Assembly (NCBI RefSeq): GCF_009914755.1
Contig: NC_060934.1
From: the human T2T-CHM13v2.0 reference genome, Homo sapiens
DNA length: 64,000 nt
Strand: one strand, 5' to 3'
Numbering within the stretch: position 1 is the first letter of the stretch; each line of letters starts with the position of its first letter. This document shows, piece after piece, positions 53,749-64,000 of the stretch. The translations under genes were made by a program, and so were the position numbers. Below the pieces are notes generated by a model. It was not told where the DNA came from. It did no database searches and worked only from the letters and a program-made list of their open reading frames with translations.

Positions 53749-56199
53749 AATCCAAACAGGCATTGGCCCTACAGTCCAAAGGGCTAAAAAGACTCAGAAA
53801 TCCATCCTCATCCAGTCATCCAGGGAAGAAATAGGAGCCTGCAGGGTGTTTCTTTTCTTTTTTCTGAAGGTTTAATAGAATCAGTGTCATTGGCAATGAT
53901 TGAGAAAAATGAAAGTTTTTAGATCAAATACTACTCTAGCGTGCATGCAGCATGGGAACAATTGATGGGCGGCGTGCTCTTCCTCAGACAAAACCCAGTG
54001 GCTGCTAATCAGTGTGTGGTGTGGAGAGTTTTTTGTTATCCTGAAATCAAGGAAATATTTTACTTTTCCCTCTGAGGTGTTCCAGAGAAAGATTCTTGAT
54101 CAAAGAAGATAAATCCTCTTCCTACCTGCTAATGAGTGAGCAGCTGGATTTCAAGCACATCACGTACAAGGACCATGTGTTACATTTTTTTAGTATCCAT
54201 AATCAGGTACACTTATTTAATTTTCTAAAAATGGAAAGCCAAGCATTCTCTTTGGTTAGAGACATGGAGCGGTGAAGAAGTAAGGCAGTGTTTGGCAAGA
54301 TGAGTCCACCTAACTGGAATCAGGCCAGGCTTTATCGGGAACCAGAGGGGCGACTCTGTCAAGACACCCCCTCTCCATGCCTCCACTTCTTTAACTGGAA
54401 GCAAGAACTTAAACCAGATGGTTAAGATCTTTTTTCTGTCTTCCGTCTGGCATTTAAAGTTGATCGCTGTCAAATCCAGAATGGACCCTTTTCAGAATTA
54501 CAATGTGACTGAAGTTTGTCACTTTCTTCCCAGCCATCCCCATTTTGGGGGTCATCCTTCTTCTTTTAGGACATCCCCTCTTGCCCCATGACCCGCGTTC
54601 TCACCATGGAAACTCTTATCAAACCTAGTGGCCATAAGATTCATTGATACTACAGCGTAAATGGTTGGGAAACAGATTGCGGTGTTGTGTCTTCTGAGGC
54701 ATTTTTATTTTAATATGAATCTGAGCCTCCAACTGAAAGGATGAAGCTCAGAGGCTGAGTGGAAAGACTGGGGGAGAGGACAGAAGAGGAGGGGCGCAGA
54801 GGGTTTGCCCACATCAGCCCCGTTTTCTTCTTTTGTCCCAGAATCATCGTTAACATTATCCCCTCCGCTTTCAAAAGGGTCCTCACTTGGAGAATGAATT
54901 ATTTGATCACCCTGGATATCAAGAAACCCTTCATACTGCCCCTAAAATTGTACAGTGGAAGGAAGAAAAGAAGCTAACCTCTTTTCGGTATTTTCTTTGT
55001 GCCAGATTCTGGGCTTGGCACTGTGTATACATTATTTTACTAAATGGATCAAACAGAATCTATTTCACCTAGCCATTAAACAGCATCTCTCTTAGGCTAG
55101 AAGTAACTATACCAGAGTCATTTCACAGGAAATGGGTTGAGAGTGTTGCGTGGACCATTTTTACCCCTAGGAACCTGAATCAGAAAGGCTCATGGAACTC
55201 CAAGTTGAAAAGAAAACCATATTGCTATAGGGGAAGGGGGTGTGAAAATGCTCCGGTGAGAGTCAACCCCCTGAGTATACAGTAGGAACCTCCGGTGCCT
55301 GGCACCACGCCATGCCTTGTCGGGGGCCGGTGGGGGGACCCAGGAAGCGTAAGAGGTAGCAGCCACCCGCAGAGAGCTGCATTCCTTAGGAGAACAGGAG
55401 CACGGCAGCGGAACCACAGTCAGACGGCAGTGATCTCCTGCGCTTGATCCCCGTGTGACAGGAACTCTCAAAATGAAATCCAGCTGCTGGAAACCCCTTG
55501 GCCAAGAGGTGCCTGACACACATGGTGGTCTGTGCCCCAGGCTTCCGCCGGACATCTCCTCCTCCCCGTCCTCATCGCAGCGTTTAGGACATCACGTCTT
55601 CTTGTGAAGCCCAGTGTTAACTGCTTTTGTTTTTTCTTCCTCTATTGTTGCTGAGATAAAGGAAAGTGACCAATCTGGTTAAACTCGTATAGTAGTGAAA
55701 CCTGGGTGTGCTCCTTAGCCGTAGGTTTTATTTTAAATAACAAACTGTTTTAGGGATTTTTTGCCTCTTGGGGGCATATCATAGAGCATACAGTTGGGGA
55801 AAATTTTGTTGTACCCTGAATAAGAAAGTCATGAAAATGATTACATTAAAATTGATTGACTATTTAGAGGTCACGTAAATGGATGTTCAGAGTATTCAAA
55901 GGCCATGCGAATGGGTGAACTCTGCTAGTTCCAAGTAATTACTTCAGAAAGCAAGACAACACAATCAATTCTAAGCCCTATTAAAGGGCTCGTGGTCATC
56001 ACTTAGAAAAGCGGCTTCCCTACCAGGGAAGCACAGCGGCAGCGCAGCCTGCGGCAGGCCTGTCGCGGCTGCATTTCCGTATTGCATTTGTTATAAAAGT
56101 GGAGTAAAGCTACCTATCCCTTACCTGCCTCAAAGGGAGCCTGCATAGTGTCTGTTAGGGCTCAGCGCTCTATGGAGAAACATGTTAAATTTAAAGTGG

Positions 56200-56390
56200 A
56201 CAATAGCTGCTAACATTTACTAAGCACTCTTATTTACATGCCAGGAACTGTGTTAAACATTTTCATACGTTGTTTGGCTTAATGTGATACATCTATAATA
56301 TAGCTGTCACTAACCCCATGTTATTAAGAACCAGAGGCTTAGGGAGGTGAGGTCATCAGCTTGTGATGCTAATCAGGAATGACTGTACCA
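56200..56390 (-). mobile_element. MIR SINE
   Basis: aatagctgctaacatttactaagcac...tgccaggaactgtgttaaac...gaggcttagggaggtgag. Confidence 0.65.
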
Positions 56391-58884
56391 GCCTCACTGC
56401 AAGGATTATGAATGGGCATGAGAAGACTATCCAGCATCACTTTGAAAACTGTCATGGTATCTGCCATGAGAACTCAGGGACCACCTTGGCCCCAAAAGTG
56501 AATTTCTTAAATGATTTCCGCTGTTCCAGGCAGTATGGAGAAATATCTCTGTCTCTGATCTCCGTACACATGAAATGCGACTCAGCTATTGCCGGAGTGG
56601 GGTGAAGACAGTTATAACGGCCATAAATATTAGTTCTCCAGCATCATATCCAACAAGAAAAAACAATCTACAATAAGTACAAATGTTTACTTCAGCCTAG
56701 CCTTGGATTTCTATAGCCAAAGGGTTTGCCTCTCCATTTCACTTTGACTGTAAAGACCAGAGTGAGGAAGTAGATTATGACGTCCTTATTCCATTTCCAG
56801 AAAAAATAACCTTTGTTCTGCTTTGGATTGCAAATAACCCTTTTGAGAGTTCAGAGGCACCTAGAACCCTTGAGTAATAAGTTAGAATACCACTGATAGG
56901 TGCTCAGGAACAGAGCTGAGCTGTGTTTTATTCAGGCTAACAATAAGGGGCCTGCATTCTTAGTCCAGGGAATTCAAGCTGATGCATCGTCAAAGCAAGG
57001 CAGTGAAGTGGAGACTTGAGAGATCGGCCTGGCCTGGAAGCATCTAATAGCCCAGCTTGCTGTGAATTGAGAATCGTAGGAAAATAGATGTGATTCTAAC
57101 CTACCTCTCATTGCCACTAGCCTCCTAATTATAATGCTATCCTATCCTCTACAGAATCTATACTATGAAATAACCTTATATTAGAAACTTTCTTCTAATG
57201 AGGTCCCTCAGTACTTTAGAAACTAAATCCTTCTTAATTGGATTCAAGACAGAACTACCTTACACCTACCGCGTTTAACCCCGTGATGCCTCCTTGGTGT
57301 ATGGGAAGTGATCTTGGTTTGGTTAGCCTGAAGGCCTGCCTGCTGCTGAGCCACTGGTCTCCACCTCACCATGAGACCCCAGGGAGACCAGCTGGCCAGG
57401 GAGTTGAGCCAATTAACGTCCACTTTAGGGAAGCCAGACCCTCTAGTTGGCTTGTTACATTCAACCTGAAGTTTTTCATTCTTCCTTACCTTCAGAGAAA
57501 AATATGGTTCTGCTCACTACTTTGGAATTAGGTTTTGAAAAATACAAAGCGTGATAAATTCTATGGCTAGCTTATTATCTTTCATTCCTATAGTCAAGTG
57601 ACGTTTTCTCTAACAAAGAAGACTCCTTGCTTTCTTCACGTCACCCCCTGGGGGCCTGGACAAATGCACACGTCACCCTACCTTTCTGATGCTCAGAGCA
57701 GGGTGGGAGAGTTCGTGAAACAGCTGAACACGATGATTGTCCCATCGGGGGAAAAAAGGATGATGCTGAAATTCTTCCAATGCTTTCATAGCTATTAGAC
57801 AATTGAAATGGTTTAACATAAGTGTCTTATTTCAAAGAACCAGAGAAGGGGAAAAGCACATTCCAGCAATTTTGCCCTTGTTACCTTTTCTATCTGTGTC
57901 GTGCTTTGGTGGAATTTACATAATCATGGGTGAGGAAGTGTTACAGTATACACATAGCTGTGCATATTAGGCTGCACTTGCTTTCCCAAGAGGCTTGAAA
58001 ATGCAGTCAATTTAATCTAGGTCAAAAGGAAAGAAAGAAACTCCATTTTCCCTGCAGAAAACAGGGAGCTTGCTAGTCTTCACGGGGTCACGGAAATAAC
58101 AGAAGATGGTTCCTCCAGGGAAAGTCCCCAGGGCAACAGGAGGCTGCCAGGGGCCTGGATCTTGTGGCCAGTTGACAGACAGGTGGTCCTAGCGTGTCAA
58201 ATGGAGAGTTGGAGGGAAGGTATGGGGTTGCCAGGGACCCCAGTGAGATCATTGTTCCCTCCCGGGCTGAAAAGGTGGCTCAGATTTGCTGTCTGCGAGG
58301 AATCTTGCAGGGAAAGTGAGGAAGGATGTTGGTGGAGCATCGCACGACTGCCTCAGGCGGCCAGAGGGCGGTGCGGGTCCCACGCTGCCAGTGTAAGTTT
58401 CCCAGGGGAATTCCTGGGATGGCACTTGGTAATCCAAACCGTGGAGTCCACATAACTCACATACGGAAGGCCCGATGGCAGCATCGCCCGTCAGCTTCCT
58501 AGGCAGTGGCCAGATGGTGATACCGCTGACATCAGGGTGCCAATTATATCAAACTCTATAAAACTAAGCTAATTGGATACGGTTTCCTTAAAAGTAGATT
58601 TCTACAGGATGAGGCGTTCGTATTTGGGTAGCTGCTACTCTAGCTATGGAAGTCCCATTTTTAGGTGGGGAAAAAAGGGTTGTGTTAGGTGACTGTTGGA
58701 GAGACATTTCAGATGAGAGGTTTAGGTTATAAAGAGACATTTTAGGTGACATGAACAGAGTGTGAAGCAGATCTTTCAGAGTGAGGTGGACCCTGTTAGA
58801 GGTGGTTCAGGGACATTCTCCCTATGAGAGGCATAGACTTTGAGGGGTGCTCATCGACTCGTGGTTGCTGGGATGGTTTTGGCT

Positions 58885-58990
58885 TTGCTCTTGGCTCCTG
58901 GTGTGACTTGGGGGCAGCCTGCTAACCTGTAGACTGGTGTTTTCCCATCTGTAAAATGGGAGGGTGTGGGGAGTTAGGCTGGTAGAACTA
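58885..58990 (+). mobile_element. MIR SINE fragment
   Basis: gtgtgacttggg...ttttcccatctgtaaaatggga. Confidence 0.6.
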
Positions 58991-58991
58991 G

Positions 58992-59663
58992 TGTAGGGAC
59001 CAAGAGAAAACCTCCCCTTGGCCCTATGAAGGTTCACTAAGAGTCCCTGACAAGAGGCACATCCACAGGAGAAAAGGCACGCAGGTTGATGAGATCACGG
59101 TTTCTGTGACACAGGCGCCTTCGGGATGCAGACCCAAAGATACAGGGGAAATGGTATACTTAGGTCCAACAAAGTGTGCCTAGGCTCATTTGCATACTTA
59201 GGTTCCACAAAGTATGGTCAGCCATGTAGTAATGTGATTGGACAAAAAGGACATGACGTAACGCTAACAGACTGAGCAGGGACACTCGGCAAGGCCTGCC
59301 TGTCCGCATTCTCCCTGGCCTCTCTGAGCAGGATTCTTCCTTCTGGGTGTGGGAAGGACCTTCCCTGGAATGGGGGTCTTATGACCTACAGTCAAACAAG
59401 GTAGGTCAGAGAATTTGTTTCTGGCCAGTTTTGTACAGAATGACGGAAGGAAAGTTAGAGCAGTATTTTTAAGTTTTATGGCTGGCTTTGGGGAAAGGGG
59501 GTTCTGGTTTCTGTGACCTGCTATGAGGAAGAGAGGGATTCCAGTTTCTGTGGCTGGGCTTAGGGGAGGCTGGGACTGAGAGACAGGAGGGCAGGAGGGG
59601 GTCAGAGAGAAACTTTTTCTTGTGAGGCTTTTATGCTGGAGTACTGCTTCCCGACTCCCAACG
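58992..59663 (-). mobile_element. ERV1-class solo LTR (MER39/MER34-like)
   Basis: Minus strand begins (t/c)gttgggagtc...aagtttctctctgacccc...agaaaccagaaccccctttccccaaagccagccataaaac and ends ...gtccctaca; about 670 bp. Confidence 0.75.
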
Positions 59664-61619
59664 TTTGCTACTTGTAAAATTTTGTGATTCCACAGGAAAG
59701 GCAAAGGCATGGAAGTCATGAGAAGGCAACGCTACCTTAACTTCTTCTCATTTTATTTTTTATAGTGTTCAGTTTAAAGGCGTAAAAGGCTGGAGGAGCA
59801 GTACAACACAGATATGTCTGATCTTCTTGGAGGTTCTCCCTTTAGCTAACTTTTGCTGTGATGGGTACTTTTTTCATGCCCCTGGTTCCTGTATCTCTCA
59901 GTTGATGTCATTATAGCCATCTGCGTTCAGCATCAAATACAGGGGAGCCACGATAATAAAATTACAGGCAGGAATACGTGAGAGAGCTGAGAGGCAAGGG
60001 GACTGGGCTTTAGACGGAGCTTGTGAAATCGGTGGCCTCATTTGTTCACTTGTATCTAGCACTCCTAGAAAGCAAGCACTGCGTGGAGGTCCAGCCACAG
60101 GAATTCACACCAACGGGCCCAGAGTCGGTCATAGTGCCCTGATGTGACCATTTCCTAGCAGTGCCAGTTCTTCTTGGTGGTTGGATTTGGGGCTAAAAAA
60201 AGGGCTACATGGGTGACCCTCCAGGATCTCATATCATGTCCTGAGGCCTCCTTGTACTTTCTAAGAATGTCATTTTGTCATTGCCTTTTGCCTCAAGATG
60301 CTAGGGGTATAAATCACCTTCTACCACGGAAAAAGGACTACTCTTTTTTTTTTTTTTTTAAGGTTAATGCTAAGTTTTCTTGAAAATTTTAATTCAGGGG
60401 ATTTTTGATGGGTTTTTTTTTAACCTTTAACTGCCTTGTAGAAAGTGAAAGTAGGGGGTCCTGGCAGGGCCAAAGCCAGTGACTGAGAGTTGAAACCGTA
60501 GTGCATGGCAGATTCGCTTGAGCACAAAATGCCCCACTTAGATCCACAGCCTTTGGACTCTGGAAAAAAAAAAAAGTATTAAATTCTTCTCCAAGTGGCT
60601 AAGATTGAGGGAGAAAATAGATGGCAAGGGGAATCAAGTAAGAGGAGTGTGTCCTCTTTTGACTTAAACTGGCTTGCATGCTACTGACTTGACAAGAAGC
60701 CAAGATCCCAGTTGCAGTTCGACTTGTGTGAAGCAGGCACCTGCTTTGCTTGCAAATGCACATACAAAAGAGAGCTTCATTCACAGGAAAAAAAAATAGC
60801 GGGTTCACTAATTTAGCCTTCCAGGGCCTTCGTCCCTTGATCTGTCAGCCCCTTAGAATTCAAAGGCAGCGTGTAAAGGAATTTCCTATTTACAACATGA
60901 TGACTTTTTTGATGTCCTGAATTCGAATATAACTCGAGTTGAAGTTGTCTGCTAGGGCTATTGCTTTGTTGTTTAATAAAAAAAAGAAAAAATATATAGA
61001 GAGCTCAGTCATCAGATGATCAGTCTGGGGCTGCTTTCAAGTGTTTATGTGCTTAGATTTAGAAAACAAAGTAGGTTTTCATATATGTAAGATGTCGAAT
61101 GGCCTTGAAGACGTGGACAGGCCCGTCTTGACCCTGGGGCAGAGTCCACTTAGGGAGGGAAACAGCTGTTCTCATGCCCAACCCCATAAGCTCCGAAACG
61201 GAAATACTTTTTATTTGACCAGCTTTGCCGCAGAATTGCAGGAAACCATTTTTCAGTTTGTCTCATTAGCCCTCAAGTTGTATAGTTATTTTGTATTCCA
61301 GAAAATGCTCCACAGTTCCCCATAAGAAGATATTACTGAAGGGTGGTATCAGAAAAAGAATTAGCAGTTAGAACTAGAACTTTCCAGAAAGGTCCCTCCT
61401 GCCATGGTAGAGAACACCTTACACAGGGGAGTTTCTCCTTGCTTCAGGCGGGTGGCTGCAGAAGAGTCATGAGGAATGCCTCCCTGAAACCAGCCTTGCT
61501 ACGCGGGGTCAGCTCCTGCCTTTGGCGTTGTGACTCGTTGGCATGTGATCTGAAGTTCCTGCCCTGCAGCTGACGAGCCAGTGTTTCAATAATTAAAAAC
61601 AACTCAACTCACTGTCCTC

Positions 61620-61740
61620 CTGCCTTGAATTTGATCATTGCGCTTTGCATGTATGTATCACAATACCACATGTACCCCATAAATATGTACAAAGATTATG
61701 TGTCAATAAAAACAAAAATTAAAATCCCAATTTTTAAAAA
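61620..61740 (+). mobile_element. L1MA-type extreme 3' end
   Basis: ttgatcattgcgctttgcatgtatgtatcacaataccacatgtaccccataaatatgtacaaagattatgtgtcaataaaa. Confidence 0.75.
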
Positions 61741-61771
61741 GAAAACATGAAAGTAATTTTTAAAACTGCGT

Positions 61772-62066
61772 CAGCCATGCTCAGTGGCTCATGCCTGTAA
61801 TCGTAGCACTTTGGGAGGCCAAGGCAGGAGGACCACTTGAGACGAGGAGTTTGAGAAGCCTGAGCTATGTAGCAAGACCCAGTCTCTACTAAATAATTTA
61901 AAAATTAGCCTGGTGTAGTGGCACATGCCTGCAGTCCTGGATACTCAGCAGCCTACAGTGGAGAAGATGACTTTAGCTCAGGAGTTTGAAGTTAAAGTGA
62001 ACTATGATTGCACCACTGCACTCTAACCTGGGGAACAGAGTGAGATCCTGTCTCTTAAAACAAAAA
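61772..62066 (+). mobile_element. AluJ element
   Basis: cagtggctcatgcctgtaatc...ggaggaccacttgag...gaactatgattgcaccactgcactc. Confidence 0.9.
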
Positions 62067-62530
62067 TTGCTTTGTCCATATATTAGAGTCAAGGAATTTA
62101 AAGAAAACCGCCTTTTTAAAACAGTGTCTCAGAGCATCAAACCTTGGTTTAGAAACCTTGGAGGAAGTTTCTTTAATGAGTATGGTGTCAGTTTTCTTAA
62201 GGGCAGAATGAGTTTAAAATCTGACCTCATATCATTGTCTAGAGTGGTGTCTACATTACCTCCACACTGAAAAATATAAATACGTTATTGCTCTTTGATT
62301 CACAGCAAACCGTGATATAAACTGGTTATCTTTATATATCAGTACATTTTTTTTTCCTGTGAGTATTATTACCCAGAGTTTCCAAGTAAAGATTTTCAAG
62401 GGAAACAGCTGTGGTTTGAAAAGGTTTGTGATAATCCAGATGGTTTCTTTGAGGATAAATCTACTTGATCATTTAAAATTAAAGTCTTTCAGTACAGTTG
62501 AGTGTTTCTTTATGATTTTAAACACACTAC

Positions 62531-62586
62531 TGTGTGTGAGTGAGTGAGAGTGTGTGTGTATGTGTGTGAGAGAGAGAGAGAGAGAG

Positions 62587-62625
<39 letters not shown>
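62531..62625. repeat. Compound (TG)n/(GA)n/(TG)17 microsatellite
   Basis: Read directly. Confidence 0.97.
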
Positions 62626-62627
<2 letters not shown>

Positions 62628-64000
62628 CTACCATTGGCCTTTGGGGCTTTATCTTTGGAAACAGCAAAAATCTCATACCAGTGTCTCAAATTATCTAACA
62701 GTTAAGCAGGCAAAATACCTGAGGGAACTCTTCATGACAGCAGAAACTATTAGTGAAAAAATATAGCGAGACACCAGCTACCCTGTGTGGAGTATGTCAC
62801 ACTCAGCCTCTCTGGGAATTGCCACTCTCCACTTCTGATCCATGATGGCATAATCATAGCTCACAATTATAATACTGATTACAGATTGCTTTCCAAGCTG
62901 AACATATGCAACTGTATTGCTAAACTTACCAATTTCAGGGAATCTGGGCGTCAAAAGCATCCACATCCCTGCAGCAGGCCCCTGGGGAGGTAGGCAGGGT
63001 GACAGCTGGGAAATGGGGAACCAGGGCTTTCCATACCTGTCTCCTTCTCTCAGTGTCCAGGATCTTCTTGCTGCTTCATGGCTGCCCCGAGATGCTCCCT
63101 GTGAGGCCCCCCCGGGCCTGCCTTCACAGACAATGCTCTGTGCCCCTGGACCTTTCTTCTGTGCTTTTTCTGTCTTGTGTTCCTTTCCTAAGGGCCCTGC
63201 TAGATGTTGACAGTGAACAGCAGAATCACAGTGATGTGTTAGTGGCCAGTAAGATCTGGTGTATTTCCCCTCTAAGTTACAGAGAATCAGCACAGTCTTT
63301 TTGTAGTCAACAGAAGAAGTCATCACTAGTGGGACTGCTAGGCTCTGTATGGACCTAAGACTGTGATATTTGGTTCTGGGCTCACCTCTCCCGAGTTTTC
63401 CACTGGACCTGATGGACCTATGAATTTTAAAAGTCCTGGTGAGGAGTCGTGGGAGGTGCTTGTTAAACTGGCACATGAAGAAGGATGGTGTTTTTTTGTG
63501 TTTTGGGTTTTTTTTTTTTTTTTTTTTGCTTCAAGGACCAAAGCTTTTATTATTACAATGAATTGTTGAGGTCGCTGAAACAAGGGATATCCTGAAGTCA
63601 CCCGGGCATGGAACACCATGTTTGTCTTTTCTAACTAGGCCACTGCCACTGGCAGAAGCTCCTGAATGAGTAGATAAGCAGTGGCATGAATCGTCCCATG
63701 CAGGTGCTTATTAGATAGTGTCAAATGAGCAAAGTGGAAATAGGTGAAGCAGCAGAAATTACCAGCATTAAGCAGCAATGGGAGGGTTGAGACCTGCAGA
63801 AGCACCTGGTTCATCAGACTGCATCAGCCTGTGCTGATCCCCAGAGCCCCCTGGCCGGTCACCTCTAACATGGAGCGAGGCCTCTCACTCCACTCCATGG
63901 ACAGTAGGGAAGGTGGGTTTCCCAGAATGAATTCTGAAGCCCAAGGGACTGTCCCCTCTGATGCATGGTGCGACCACTGACCATCAAAGAGCCAGCCCCT

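Noticed and set aside
62778-63476. 232-aa minus-strand ORF, the longest in the track
   Set aside because: Non-ATG start, no recognisable domain, no gene-structure support. A BLASTP/PhyloCSF check would be needed to revive it.

Overview
Primate, almost certainly human, genomic DNA from inside the CELF2 (CUGBP2/ETR-3) gene, transcribed on the + strand. It contains one recognisable coding exon (16215-16411, 197 nt; ...[67 protein letters not shown], the start of RRM1). The exon sits in a CpG island with promoter motifs just upstream. The rest is intron: nine Alu copies or fragments, a long old antisense L1 with nested insertions, MIR/L2 relics, MER3/MER5A/Tigger4a DNA-transposon relics, an ERV1-type solo LTR and microsatellites. 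I see no prokaryotic-type system, CRISPR array or additional protein-coding gene, and I cannot claim a new biological system. The best leads are: (1) a 5 x 44-bp minisatellite made of GLI-consensus sites about 2.5 kb upstream of the internal promoter; (2) a hybrid first/internal exon with uORFs and an in-frame CUG; (3) a ~267-bp locally templated insertion inside the L1; (4) several candidate poison or recursive splice elements. Repeat subfamily names come from recalled consensus sequences, and boundaries of old repeats are approximate.
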